A stretch of 64,000 nucleotides of DNA from Eledone cirrhosa (GCA_964016885.1 CAXHJY010001082.1:20513-84512); one strand, 5' to 3'. Numbered from the stretch's first letter, positions 14,199 to 30,834 are shown. The notes: generated from the letters alone by a model not told the origin. Made by a program: numbers and translations.

Positions 14199-14760
14199 GT
14201 GTGATTATATACTTATCTATATATGTATATATGTACGTGCATGTTTGTTGTATGTGTGTATATGTATGTATGATGTAAGGATGTATGTATGCATGTATGT
14301 ATATGTGTGTGTGTATATATGTGTGTGTGTATGTATGTATATGTGTCTGTATGTGTGTATGTATATGTGGGTATGTGTGTGTAAGTATGTAGTGTGTATG
14401 TGTATATATATATATATATATGTGTGTGTGTATGTATATATATATGTGTATGTGTGTGTGTGTGTGTATATATATATGTGTATGTGTGTGTGTGTGTATG
14501 TATATATGTGTGTGTGTAGGTATGTATGTGTGTATGTATATATATTTATATATGTGTGTGTGTGTGTGTATGTATATATGTGTGTGTGTAGGTACGTGCA
14601 TATGTATGTATGTGTGTGTGTGTATATGTATATATATATATATGTGTCTGTGTATGTGTGTGTATGTATATATGTGTGGGTGTATGTATGTGTGTGTAGG
14701 TACGTGCATATGTATGTATGTGTGTATGTGTATATATCTCTCTCTCTATATATATATATA

Positions 14761-14954
14761 TAACGAAGGAAATGTGGTAAGGAACCAGGTGGACCATAAC
14801 GCACCAAAGTACTCAATACTTAGGGTAGTAGAGTGGGTAATAGGAACGAGTAGGACCCCGAAGGCTGAGCTCAAGCCGTTTCGACGGCTAATTCTGGACT
14901 AATTAGCCGTCGAAACGGCTTGAGCTCAGCCGTCGGGGTCCTACTCGTTCCTAT
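14761..14954. mobile_element. Fold-back PLE-type terminal insert, family A copy 1
   Basis: 54-bp inverted arms 14840-14893/14901-14954 with one mismatch; carries HHR 3' half GAAACGGC..GCCGTC; (AT)n on both sides. Confidence 0.75.
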
Positions 14955-15010
14955 ATATACATATATATAGATATATGTGTATTGGTGTGTATGTGTGTGT
15001 AGTTACGTGC

Positions 15011-15048
<38 letters not shown>

Positions 15049-15513
15049 ATGTGTGTGTATGTATATATGTGTGTGGGTGTATGTATGTCAGATTGTTTAT
15101 TTTCTATTTCATCACGTGACAAAGCTGAAGAATTCACCATTGAATGGAATAAATAAAGGTAGAAATTGTATGTGTATTGGATATTCAACTGGATATTCAA
15201 CTCATTCAACATGGCGTACACCATTGCTGTAGAATTAATAAAGGAACCATTGCAGAAGAAATAATGAAAGACGAGGTGAATGAACGTTAGAAAAAATGGA
15301 TGGAATTAGAAAAAAATAAATGGCTAAAGTGATTTCATTTAGAATGCGAAATCTGAAATCTGAAATATTTACGTAATATGAAGAATCGAAATCTAAACCT
15401 GTTTATAAATGTTTATTTACCATTCTTTCTTGATTTACCATTCCTTCCTTCTTTCTTTCTTTATTCCTCTCTTTCTTCCATCTCTTTCTTTCTTCTCTTT
15501 CTTTCTTTACCAT

Positions 15514-16558
<1,045 letters not shown>

Positions 16559-16738
16559 GTTATTCCGGGTTGAATCGGAGGTAACCACAGTAAGTAAGGT
16601 ACTCAATACATAGCAGAGTATAACAGTTTTAATGTAGATGAGATTCTACAGGACTAGAACTGTTTCATTCATTAGAAATGATGATTTCTAATGAATGAAA
16701 CAGTTCTAGTCCTGTAGAATCTCATCTACATTAAAACT
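16559..16738. mobile_element. Fold-back PLE-type terminal insert, family B
   Basis: Perfect 55-bp inverted arms 16625-16679/16684-16738 with a 4-nt loop; GAAACAGTTCTAGTC HHR-like 3' half; (AT)n flanks. Confidence 0.75.
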
Positions 16739-16743
16739 ATATG

Positions 16744-16779
<36 letters not shown>

Positions 16780-17234
16780 TGTATATACATGTGTCTATAC
16801 GTATATAGATACATGTATACGTATAAGCAAGTGTGTATATACTTATATACATGTGTGTATATACTTATATACATGTGTGTATATACTTATATACATGTGT
16901 GTATATACTTATATACATGTGTGTATATACTTATATACATGTCTGTATATACGTATATGCATGTATGTATTTACGTATCTACAGTAGATGTGTGTATACG
17001 TACATACATACATGTATACGTATATGCAAGTGTGTATGTGTTTATATACGTATATGTATGTGTATAGTTCCCTACGCATGTATTTATAGAAGAAGACCAC
17101 ATGTAGTAATCTGTAAATGTAGAAGAAATAATCCCAAAAGATGCGAAAGATTTAAGAAAATTCTAGAAAATAAGTTGGACCAATTCTGGCCTGTAGAGAA
17201 AATCTCTAAAGTATGTTTTTGTTTTAATAGTATC

Positions 17235-17915
17235 GGTGGTGGTATTGGTGGTGGTATTGGGGGTGGTAGTGATGGTGGTGGTGGTAGTGGTGCTGATCGT
17301 GGTAGTGGTGGTGGTGGTAGTAATGGTGGTGGTGGTAGTGGTGATAGTGGAGGTGGTGGTAGTGATGATGGTGGTGGTAGTGGTTCTGATAGTAGTGGTG
17401 GTTGTGGAGGGGGTGGTAGTGATGGTGGTGGTGGTAGTGGTGCTGATCGTGGTGGTGGTTGTGGAGGGGATAACGGCAGTGGTTGGTTAGTGGTGGTGGT
17501 AGCTGTGTTGGTGGTAGTTGTGGTGTTGGTGATAGTTGTTGATGTTGTGGTGGTGGCATTGGTAGTATAGGTGATGGTGGTAGTGGTGCTGATGGTGGTA
17601 GTAGTAGTGCTGGTGGTAGTTGTTGATGTTGTGGTGGTATTAGTAGTGTAGTTGTTGATGTTGTGATAGTATAGGTGATGGTGGTAGTGGTGCTGATGGT
17701 GGTAGTAGTAGTGCTGGTAGTAGTTGTTGATGTTGTAGTGGTATTAGTAGTGTATTTGTTGATGTTGTGGTAGTATAGGTGATGGTGGCAGTGGTGCTGA
17801 TGGTGGTAGTAGTAGTGCTGGTGGTAGTTATTGATTTTGTGGTAGTATAGGTGGTAGTTGTGGTGATTGTGCTGGTGTTAGGGGTGAGGGTACTGATGGT
17901 GGTAGTTGTAGTTGG
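17235..17915. repeat. (GGT/AGT)n degenerate repeat with internal higher-order duplications
   Basis: Direct reading; ~100-bp unit repeated about 3 times at 17560-17850. Confidence 0.88.
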
Positions 17916-18925
17916 TTTTTGTGGAGCGAGAGAATCCTAGACTTCACCAAGACATCTCGCTAGGAGACAGGCACACTCATACTTACGACTTCGTTTGCAT
18001 CCAATGATGTAGATCAGTTGTTCTTTTAAGGCAAATGCATTCGGTATTCAAAGAGTGGCATTGGCCCAGCCTTTCCTCAGTTTCAAACACAGGCATCGCT
18101 TGATATGTGGCATTTTCTCGCGGCGTGTGGTATTGCTGGCCATCATGTATGTATGTATGTTATATCTTTCTCTTAATTTCGAGTATATTTTTGACCGGCC
18201 ACCTTCCTGGTGGCAAGGTTGTAAAAGAAAAGAAATTGTCATCCCTTGAATCGCAAGAATGTTTTGTAAATTTTGAAGGTGCCAGCTATCGCAGCCATTT
18301 GTAGACTATGAATTAGGGAGCTGCGCTCTTTGTCCGCAAATCCAAGTTTAGTTATACATTGGTCCAAGCGGGTTGGTATGTATGTATGTATGTATGTATG
18401 TATGTATGTATGTATGTATGTATGTATGTATGTATGTATGTATGTATGTATGTATGTATGTATGTATGTATGTTCTTCTGGTTTTATAATTTCACAAATT
18501 TTTGCCAATAGAGAGAGAGTGGGTTTCTAACATAGACACAAGACTCTCTCATTGTAATTTACACAACATCAACTAGGTATATATGTATGTCTGCATGCAT
18601 GCTTGTGTAGGTATGGATGTTATTGTACGTGTGGATGTGTATATTTTGAGTCTGATGTGTGCATGTGTATACGATTTGTATCTGTACATGTGTATATACA
18701 GTTATTAGATGCAAAATCTTTGGAATGTTTTACATATTTTCACTGTTCCATTAATGAATTGTACTTGTAATTTACAAACTAGTTATGTTCTTTCTGTTCC
18801 TGTGAAGCCTAGCTTCTCAAGATTTGTATTGAAGAAGTTACTAACATGTACTAATATGTGTGTATGTATTTATGTATGTATGTATGTATGTATGTATGTA
18901 TGTATGTATGTATGTATGTATGTAT

Positions 18926-19146
18926 GTCACAACCATGTTCAAAGAGAGCCAGTGAACTATGATCTCCACGGTATTGTGAAGGTACACAGGCAACCTGATG
19001 CAAGACCTAAGGCCAGGGAGATCCATAGTTGTCATAAATATACGAAGGAGTGCAAGTCTCTAGCAGGCTTGAAAGGTCATATCCGAGCATCACACATCTG
19101 AATCTGATAAGGGATTGCAATACTCTTGGCAGAGTTTGCAGCCATC
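18926..19146 (+). mobile_element. LINE (RTE-like) 3' end with decayed C2H2 finger
   Basis: HSCHKYTKECKSLAGLKGHIRASH-stop followed by a short UTR and (TGTA)n tail. Confidence 0.55.
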
Positions 19147-19327
19147 CTGTGTGCATGTATGTATGTATTTCAAAATCTACTGCCGTATTCGAACTCTCCG
19201 CCAGAACATTATATAGATACCAATGCTGACAAATTCTGCCAATTACTTGAAATGATATCTGATGAAGAAATATATTTATAGTTTTAATTGTCAAACCACA
19301 ATAGTCCTTATTATCGCAGTTACGTAA

Positions 19328-19423
<96 letters not shown>

Positions 19424-19819
19424 TATATATATATATATAGAGAGAGGGTTATAAATAAATGTGTATATATATCAATGTGGAAATATATATAAATGTGAAT
19501 ATATATATATATATATTTGTATAGAGAAGTCATTTAAATAGCACAGCACTTTGTCATTGTCAAGTAGCATACATTGATGACAGAGGTTATAGGAAACTCA
19601 CCTCACCTACTCCGCTTACATCTTAATAAGCGGTTATCTTATTTGCCGGGGAATAATTCTCTTTGACTGTCTGTATGTCTGACTTTCTTTCGCCCACTCT
19701 CGCCCACTCTCGTTCTCCTTTCTCTCTTTCTCTTCTGTTCTCTCTCTCTCTGAATGAAAGATATAAAATTCATCTTAATTATGAAACCCTCGGAGGTTTG
19801 AAACAGATAAATCCTGCAG

Positions 19820-19868
<49 letters not shown>

Positions 19869-19885
19869 ATATATATATATATATA

Positions 19886-19982
19886 CAGGGTGCCTCCAAA
19901 AAATGTATTCACACTTCAACACCATTCTAAAAAATAGTGCCTGAACAGGTAATCAATGTGTGCATACAATTTTTGGGACACC

Positions 19983-19985
<3 letters not shown>
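19886..19985. mobile_element. 100-bp Tc1/mariner-type MITE
   Basis: Imperfect TIRs CAGGGTG..CCAAAAA.TGTAT.CACA / TGTGCATACAATTTTTGGGACACCCTG flanked by TA. Confidence 0.85.
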
Positions 19986-20035
<50 letters not shown>

Positions 20036-20043
20036 CACATATT

Positions 20044-20128
<85 letters not shown>

Positions 20129-20186
20129 CATACACATATATACATATATATAGATAGATATACATACACACATATATATAAGTATA

Positions 20187-20233
<47 letters not shown>

Positions 20234-20607
20234 GTATATATACACACATATACATATATATATATATCTGTAAAATTAAAGCACCCCGCCATTACATTAA
20301 ACAAGAGAGCAAGTACAGGTGGTAGAAACTTGTCCAATATACAGACATAAACTGTCTTCTAGAAGAGATTCCATTATATACACTGTATTAGTGCCATTTT
20401 ACCAGAAGGTGCGTGGGACACTCGAATCAGCGAGATATTTCAAGTGGAAAGATAATTATTTGACAGGTAGTATTTGAATTAAAATTTATCAGACAAACAG
20501 ACTCCATATAAGTACATATATATACACACCTATATATATATATATATATAATATTATATTATATTATATATATATGTATATATATAATATTATAGTATAT
20601 TATATTA

Positions 20608-20719
<112 letters not shown>

Positions 20720-20759
20720 TATGTGTGCGTGTGTGTGTATGTGTATATGTATATATGTG

Positions 20760-20792
<33 letters not shown>

Positions 20793-20846
20793 ATGTATTT
20801 ATATGTGTATATATGTATTTATATATATGTATACATATATGTATAC

Positions 20847-20880
<34 letters not shown>

Positions 20881-21416
20881 GTATACATATATATATATAT
20901 ATGTATACATATATATATATATATATATATATGTATACATATATATATATATATATATATATGTATACATATATATATATATATATGTATATATATGTAT
21001 ACATATATATATATATGTATATATATGTATACATATATATATATATGTATATATATGTATACATATATATATATATGTATATATATGTTAACACATATAT
21101 ATATATATATATATATATACGCACATACACACACATATATATATATATATGCAGAGAGCTTAACCTTACGCACTTAGGCAATTGTCTATAGAAATATATT
21201 TTGGGAAAAATTTGCTTTAGTTGTATATTCAATGCCCAGAAGAAGAACAATTTTCTAACGTAAACCAACTTTGGTAAATAGTATTTAAAATGCAAATGTC
21301 TTTCTGACCAATACCTGATTTATTCTTTTGCGGTTCTTTCTTACCGCCATTTTGATTTGATACATATGCCATAAGGGCCAAGTTTTAATAGTTTAGCGCA
21401 CGTCCATTATGTTAGC

Positions 21417-21417
<1 letters not shown>

Positions 21418-21514
<97 letters not shown>

Positions 21515-22172
21515 ATATATTTATATATATATATATATATATAATATATATATGTATATATATATATGTGTGTGTGTATTTATTTATATATATATATATA
21601 TATATGTGTGTGTATGTATATATATATATATATTTGTATGTATATATATGTATATATATATATATGTATGTATATATATGTATATATATATATATATGTA
21701 TGTATGTGTATGTATATATATATATACATGTATGTGTATGTATGTATATATATATACATGTATGTGTATGTATATATATATATACATGTATGTGTATGTA
21801 TATATATATGTATGTGCATATATATATATATGTATGTGCATGTATATATATATATGTATGTGCATGTATATATATATATATGTATGCGTATGTATATATA
21901 TATGTATGTGTATGTATATATATATGTGTATGTATATATATATATGTGCATGTGTATGTATATATATATATATATATATATGTGCATGTGTATATATATA
22001 TGTATGTGTATGTATACATATATATGTGCATGTATATATATATGTATGTGTATGTATATATATGTGTGTGTATGTATATATATATATATGTATGTGTGTG
22101 TATGTATATGTATATGTATATATATATATGTATATATGTATATGTATATATATATATGTATATATGTGTATG

Positions 22173-22215
<43 letters not shown>

Positions 22216-22816
22216 GTATGTATATATGTGTATGTATATATGTATATATATGTGTATGTATATATGTATATATATATATGTATGTATATGTATGTATATA
22301 TGTGTATGTATATAGGTACATGTATATATATATATATGTATGTATATATATGTATATATGTGTATGTATATAGGTATATATACATATATATATATATATA
22401 TGTATATATGTGTATGTATATAGGTATATATATATATATATATGTGTATATGTGTATGTATATATGTATATATATATATATATATATGTATATATGTGTA
22501 TGTATATATGTATGTATATGTATATATATGTATATATGTGTATGTATATATGTATGTATATGTATATATATATATATATATATGTATATATGTGTATGTA
22601 TATATGTATATATATGTGTATGTATATATGTATATATATATATATGTATGTATATATATGTATATATGTGTATGTATATATGTATATCTATGTGTATGTA
22701 TATATGTATATATATATATAAATATATGTATATATGTGTATGTATATATGTATATATATGTATGTATATATGTGTATGTATATATGTATATAAATATATG
22801 TATATATGTGTATGTA

Positions 22817-22873
<57 letters not shown>

Positions 22874-22888
22874 GTATATATATATATG

Positions 22889-22929
<41 letters not shown>

Positions 22930-23214
22930 TTATGTATATATATATATGTATATATATGTATATATATGTATATATATATATGTATATATATGTATATATA
23001 TATATGTATATATATGTATATATATATATATATGTATATATATGTATATGTATATATATATGTATATATGTATTTGTATATATGTATATATATGTATATG
23101 TATATATATATGTATATATGTATTTGTATATATGTATATATATGTATATATGTATATATATGTATATGTGTATATATGTATATATATATATATATATATT
23201 TGTGTATCTATATA

Positions 23215-23245
<31 letters not shown>

Positions 23246-23258
23246 GTATGTATATATG

Positions 23259-23307
<49 letters not shown>

Positions 23308-23635
23308 GTATATATGTATATGTATATATATATATATGTATATATGTATATGTATATATATATGTATATATATATATATGTATATATGTATATGTATATA
23401 TATATATATGTATATATGTATATGTATATATATATGTATATGTATATATATATATATGTATATATGTATATGTATATATATATGTATATATATATATATG
23501 TATATGTATATATATATGTATATATATATATATATATATGTATATATGTGTATATATATATATATGTGTATATATATGTATATATGTATATATATATATA
23601 TGTGTATGTATATATATATATATATGTATATATGA

Positions 23636-23676
<41 letters not shown>

Positions 23677-23718
23677 TATGTATATATGTATATATATATA
23701 TGTGTATATGTGTATGTA

Positions 23719-23777
<59 letters not shown>

Positions 23778-23856
23778 ATATGTGTATGTATATATGTATA
23801 TATATATATATATGTATATATGTATATATATATGTGTATATGTGTATGTATATATG

Positions 23857-23909
<53 letters not shown>

Positions 23910-24006
23910 GTGTATGTATATATGTATATATATATATATATATATGTATATATGTGTATGTATATATGCATATATTTATATATATATATATATATATGTG
24001 TATGTA

Positions 24007-24051
<45 letters not shown>

Positions 24052-24070
24052 GTGTATGTATATATGTATT

Positions 24071-24101
<31 letters not shown>

Positions 24102-24110
24102 GTGTATGTA

Positions 24111-24161
<51 letters not shown>

Positions 24162-24170
24162 GTGTATGTA

Positions 24171-24215
<45 letters not shown>

Positions 24216-24252
24216 ATATATATATATATATATATGTATATATGTGTATGTA

Positions 24253-24297
<45 letters not shown>

Positions 24298-24367
24298 ATG
24301 TATAATATATATATATGTGTATGTATATATATATATATATGTGTATGTATATATATATATATATGTG

Positions 24368-24410
<43 letters not shown>

Positions 24411-24412
24411 AT
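21418..24412. repeat. ~3-kb G-interrupted (AT)n array
   Basis: Direct reading; source of the 1004-aa YI ORF. Confidence 0.95.
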
Positions 24413-26222
24413 GTAAAAGGTAAACAGAAATAACAACACAATCTGTACAGTATATGGAAGGTATATAGTAGGTTAACGCTTGATATAGAAGTCCTTCATC
24501 AGAAGAATGAATTAGAAATAAAATAGATTGAGGGTACGGGTGGGATGGAATTTGAAAAAATGATTTTAGATAGAAATAACAGGTCCATTCATGTATATAT
24601 ATATATATATTTTTTCTTCTCATGTTTTTTTATATATATTTACCTCGGCTGGGTTTGTCTGTTTCTCTCTTACTGCTTCCCCGCTCTCTCTGTTTCTCTC
24701 ACCTTCTTTCGCCCCATCTGTCAGTTACACTTTCTCTCGACTGAGCTCTTCCTCACACTTCCACTCACTCACTCTCTGTTTCTCCCTTTCTCACTTGCTC
24801 CCGTTTGGCTTGTGTGTGTCTCTTCTTGCTTACATCTCACACACATTGACACGGTCTGTACCTCTCTCGCTCATGAAACCCACCCAGATTAAGCTGACCG
24901 GACAACCATGCTGCTTGTTTATTTTCCTATCTTCGGTTTGCTTTTATCCTTCTATGTTGTTTACTTGTCCCCCTCGCTTTACGCGAATTACTGGTCCCAA
25001 TACCTTTTTTTAGTTATTGCTCGCACCAACCTGAGGTATCTGATTTTTAATGCGATGAAATACCAATGATGGTTGGAAAATCACTGACGGACTATTTTTA
25101 TCATATGTAACCCATGTGCAACCACGCAGTATTCTTCTTTCTTTTCATGTTTTTTATATATATATAAATAGCTTTGGCGTAATCATATAGAAAGTACACA
25201 ATTAGACAGTTGCAGCCTAATAACGTCTGCCTTTGCTATTAGGTGGCTATTGTTGTCCAGTTACGTAAGCTGAGTTTGGGGTGATGGGTGATCCACGTTT
25301 GATTTGCCGAACTTAGAGGGTTAATGATGTTTAGCAGGTGTCGTGAGAACAGGTTGGTGTTCGGGTTACGGTATTTGCTGAATGTTGAGTGGTTATGAAT
25401 TGGATTCGAATCGCGAGGCTGAGCTTTCGTTTCCAGGATAGGGCAACGAGTTATGTCTTTGAACAAGACTTTATATTCCACGTTGCTCAGCTTGCCAACA
25501 GTTGCGAACGGTAGATAGTATTAACAATTGGAAGGACGTTTGTAAATATTGTTTCCTCGGTTCGATTTGACGTACTTCACTCTACTCGGTAAGCGAATGA
25601 GTTCTGGGTTCTTGTCAATCTACGATCATTCATTCAGAATTTCATAAAAAGAAGCTGGCAATGACAGACGCTATAATGTGATGGTAAATCTGGGTTATTT
25701 TCCATACGAAATGTCACAATATCTGAAGAAATGTTATCGTATATATTTAATTCTTTAGACATTGATGACACCACAGGGATGAAGTAGCATGAGATTTAGA
25801 GTTTCTAAAAAAACAAATCATCGATGTAATGTGAATTAAAATGAGTATAACCGAGATTAGAAACCAGTCTCATGAGAATACCGTTGTTCCGCAGTACATG
25901 ATTACACTCTCCTCCCTCTCCCCTCCCCCTCCCTCCCTCTTCCCTCCCCTCCCCCTCCCTCTCCCCGCCCCTCTCTCTCCCCTCTCCCCCCACTCTCCCT
26001 CCCCCACACACATATATATATATGAATATATGAATATATTCAAATGAGATATGTTAGTCATGTGTGCGTGTGAAAGAGACAAAGAGGGAAATGAAGGAAC
26101 AATCAGATTATATATATATAGATATATATGCACATTACATATATATATAGATATAAGTACTACACACACACACACACACACATAACTATATATTTATGTA
26201 ATGTATATATATATATAAGTAT

Positions 26223-26254
<32 letters not shown>

Positions 26255-26898
26255 TATATATGTGTGTGTATATATGCTAATCGATAGAAAATAGGCCTTT
26301 TTCGATTAGTTTTTACATTCACTGGAAACCTGACCCTAAATAATATATTTAGTTTGTTAACATTCTATGATATATATATATATATATTATATATATATAT
26401 ATATACATACATACATAAATATGCATATATATATATATATATAATAGAAAATAAATGAGGAAGTTTCGTTTACATATATGTGCAGGTGTATGTCTGTATA
26501 TATATATATATATATGTATATGGGATTATATGTTGATGGCTGGTCAGATATCATTTTACCCATCACTGATTGGTTACTGTCGAGCATACCAATGGAATCT
26601 TATAGCCACAAGTCTGCGTTCGGATAATTAAACATCCACACTGATTACCAGAAAATTTACCGATATTCTATTATTCTTTTTTTCCTTTATTCGTTAATTC
26701 GTTTATTGCTTTCAGTCATTAGACTGCGGCCAAGCTGTGGCATTGCCTTGATAAGCGTTAATCGATAATACCAAACTCAGTGTTTAGTGTTTATTTAGTT
26801 TATTTTATTGATCTCTCTTTGTCGAACCACTAAATTTCAGGATATAAATAAATAATAAACACACACACACAAACATACATATATATATATATATATGT

Positions 26899-26938
<40 letters not shown>

Positions 26939-27123
26939 TGAGGGTGGCCTAATCCATTATTATTTAGGTAATGTACATTAAGCTCGATGCATTATTATAT
27001 TCGAGAGAATAAAAACAATTGTGCAAATTAGATGGATTTTGAATAAAAACCTTTGTTTTACTTTAGTATTAACTACACACACACTCACCCCCCCTCACAC
27101 ATATATATATATATAATAATAAT

Positions 27124-27500
27124 TGTTTCTACTTTTGGCACAAGACCAGCAACTACCCAGTGCATTACTGGTATTTTATTTTATCGACCCCCCTAAGGAT
27201 GAAAGGTAAAGTAAACCTCGGCGAGATTTGAACTCACATCATAAAGGGACGTAACTCTATGCGTCAAAGCATGGCGTCCGACCCTTTACCGATACTACCA
27301 ATCCACCGCCCTTATATATAATAATAATAATAATAATTGTTTCTACTTTTGGCACAAGGCTATCAATTATCCAAGTGCATTACTGGTCCTTTATTTCATC
27401 AACCCAGTAAGGATGAAATGCAAGGTTGACAGACCGTAAATGGGCGAAACTCTATGCTGCAAAGCATAGTGTCCGAACCTCTACTGCTAGTGCCAATCCA
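27124..27500 (-). mobile_element. Two tandem SINE copies
   Basis: TTGTTTCTACTTTTGGCACAAG..TACTGGT..AAGGATGAAA..AAGCAT.G.GTCCGA, twice. Confidence 0.85.
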
Positions 27501-27734
27501 CTTGACGGAACTAGCATGGGATTCGCAGTTAGTACCGGTTGCATCTCAGCGTACTCAATAGGAAATGTTAAAGAAACTCTCAGCGTAGACACATAGTCAT
27601 TCGCTTCAATACAATGCACGTACATAGATAACTTCAATCGTCACCCGTACTCGAGTTTTGGCCACACTTAATGGAGCAATAGAGTGCACACACACCATCT
27701 ACTGTCTGCATTTATTATGAAGCAATGCACAATG

Positions 27735-27809
<75 letters not shown>

Positions 27810-27971
27810 GTGCCAATAAGAATTGCAGCTTCTTGTAAACTTTATTTTTTCATATTACAATTGTTTCTGTATCGGTCAGCTCAGGTTTAATCGTCTCTCC
27901 TTCAGATATGAGAGTTTACATGGGTGGTCCAATCCAAACAGGTATCCCAAAACATCTCGTCCACCCTGCCA

Positions 27972-28027
<56 letters not shown>

Positions 28028-28033
28028 TTATTA

Positions 28034-28145
28034 AAATAACAGATTAAAGTTTAAGCAAAGAATCGCTGCTTTCACGCTTAACGGGATCTTCTGAAACTAA
28101 AAAAATCAATCTGTTAACGCAGAAGTAAATGTTTCGAATAACGTT
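28034..28145 (-). mobile_element. Repeat family C copy (inverted partner of 29177-29287)
   Basis: ~112-bp near-identical reverse complement. Confidence 0.7.
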
Positions 28146-28369
28146 GTAACTGAAGGAAAACAGGAAGACGATACTTTGATTCGTGAAGACGTTCCCTGGC
28201 AATGAACGGAAAAAAGCTTAGATAATACGTCGTTATGTGGAGCGTAGAGAAAAAATACACGCAAAGACAAAACCACGTTTATGGTATAAATGGAGTCATA
28301 GACTAATATTCTATTTAGGAAACCGAATGATTCTCGGCTTTGGATTTTAGTCTTCATATTTATTATCTA

Positions 28370-28809
28370 CTAGCAGATGTACCCGGCGTTGCTCGGGAAA
28401 TGAATGACAGCCTGTTTGTCCGTATAAAGAGAGCCAAAGGTTGAACAAAGAATTGAAATGTAATTGTAAAAAAAAAGTTTAACAAAATGGGTGTACAGTG
28501 ACATGATTGAGTGAAATAAACGGCAACATAAAAACAATTCATGGGGTAGCTTGAGTTAATTGACGGGAATGATTTCAGGTCCGGCCTTGCTGTAGTAGGT
28601 ATGAGTAAGGGGATAAAGATGGAATAGACGCACCGTATGTCCTTCAGTAGACTAAACCGTATGCGTAAGATGGCGCTGCCACTACCACGTTGACCATCCA
28701 CTGGACATAGAAATATCATTCCTTGAAGCAAATCGGCCTAGTACTTCAAAAGTTAAAAGGAGCCTAGTATTTGTACACAGACAAACAAACTTCCTTATAT
28801 ATATATAGA
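28370..28809 (-). mobile_element. Non-autonomous Helitron
   Basis: Minus strand starts TCTATATATATAT and ends with the CCCGAGCAACGCCGGG hairpin, a short spacer and CTAG|T. Confidence 0.75.
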
Positions 28810-28813
28810 TATA

Positions 28814-29116
28814 TCTAAAACAGAGAATGTCTGTCTGTCTGACTCCCTAAAACTCGAGAACCACCCAACCGACTTTTTTCAAACGTTACACATGTAATAC
28901 TTATGGCCCTGTGAGTCTTTTGAGCAAATAAAATTTCAAATTTTCAATGCCCTAGGGACCGCATTAGGCGATTTAGCGATCTCTCTCTATAATTCTTAGT
29001 CCTTCATTTTAGATAGATACATAGATGTACCGTTGCGCCCTTATAATATCTGTCTGTATATCTGGCTGTCTGCATTACGACATTATGACGTCACTATGTA
29101 TGTGTGTGTATGTATG

Positions 29117-29173
<57 letters not shown>

Positions 29174-29281
29174 TGTAACGTTTTTCGAAATATTTACTTC
29201 TGCGTTCACAGATTGATTTTTTAGTTTTAGAAGATCCCGTTAAGGGTGAAAGCAGCGATTCTTTGCTTAAACTTTAATCTG

Positions 29282-29325
<44 letters not shown>

Positions 29326-29464
29326 GTGTACAGATATTTTTGCATACACTATAACAAAATATAAACAAAGGTATTTATTTCACGAGGCTCGATAAGGATA
29401 AATATATATCAAATATATAAGAACCCTAGAGCAAATCCCGAGCAACGCCGGCCCGTTCTGCTAA
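28814..29464 (+). mobile_element. Non-autonomous Helitron with nested inserts
   Basis: Starts TCTAAAACAGAGAATGTCTGTCTG and ends with the CCCGAGCAACGCCGG hairpin plus CTGCTAA|T (CTRR). Confidence 0.65.
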
Positions 29465-29929
29465 TTATTACTAATATATATCTATCTATCTCTCTATATA
29501 TATATATATTGCTAAAAGAATCGAACGGACGGGATGTTTGAGATGTCTGTTTTCAGCTCTGTAGGTTCTCTGATGAAGTTACGTCCCTTGTCACAGGAAA
29601 AACGGTTAAGTCTTTATCAGGGGATTCGTCCACAGAGCGTGTCAGTAATGGAAAGCCCAACGATAGCTCTGTTCATATTTTCTTCTTCCTTTCTTTTTCT
29701 TTAAGATCTTACCTCGTTAATCTAGAATGTCGGAATGCCCGAATGCCAGAATGCAAGAATACCATTCGTAAAATATTCTGAGGTTCTTTTACTGTCATTT
29801 TCAAGAACACTAACGACACCAACTCTTCTAATTGATATATTATGTAATAACCAGAAAAAAATTCCCAACGTTTAAATGAAACACAGTATTACAAATGGAA
29901 GAAAGATTTCCCGAAGGGTTTCAACCGTA

Positions 29930-30342
29930 TGTATGTGTGTATGTGTGTGTGTGTGTGTGTGTGTTTGTGTGTGTGTGTATATATATATGTATATATATAT
30001 ATGTGTATATATATATGTATATATATATATATGTGTATATATATATGTATATATATATATATGTGTATATATATATGTATATATATATATATGTGTATAT
30101 GTATATATATATATGTGTATATGTATATATATATATGTGTATATGTATATATATATATATGTGTATATGTATATATATATATGTGTATATTTATATATAT
30201 GTGTATATTTACATATATATATGTGTATATATATATGTGTATATATATATGTATATATATATATGTATATATATGTGTAAATATATATGTATATATAAAT
30301 ATATATATATGTGTAAATATATATGTATATATAAATATATAT

Positions 30343-30376
<34 letters not shown>

Positions 30377-30535
30377 ATGTGTAAATATATATGTATATAT
30401 AAATATATATATATGTGTATATATATATGTATATATATATATATATGTGTATATATATATGTATATATATATATGTATATATATATGTATATATATATAT
30501 ATATATGTGTATATATATATGTGTATATATATATG

Positions 30536-30567
<32 letters not shown>

Positions 30568-30649
30568 TATGTGTGTATATATGTATATATATATATATAT
30601 ATGTGTGTATATATATGTATATATATATATATGTGTGTATATATATATG

Positions 30650-30680
<31 letters not shown>

Positions 30681-30699
30681 GTATATATATATACATGTG

Positions 30700-30730
<31 letters not shown>

Positions 30731-30749
30731 GTATATATATATACATGTG

Positions 30750-30788
<39 letters not shown>

Positions 30789-30803
30789 GTGTATATATAT
30801 ATG

Positions 30804-30834
<31 letters not shown>

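Noticed and set aside
15124-15160. CTGAAGA-ATTCA/TGAAT-GGAA motif
   Set aside because: GAAA is mutated and there is no stem I
17224-17570. Gly-rich ORF
   Set aside because: (GGT)n repeat that continues past stop codons
24450-24510. Minus-strand CTGATGA after an AT array
   Set aside because: No GAAA partner
29565-29625. CTGATGA motif
   Set aside because: No consistent stems II and III found
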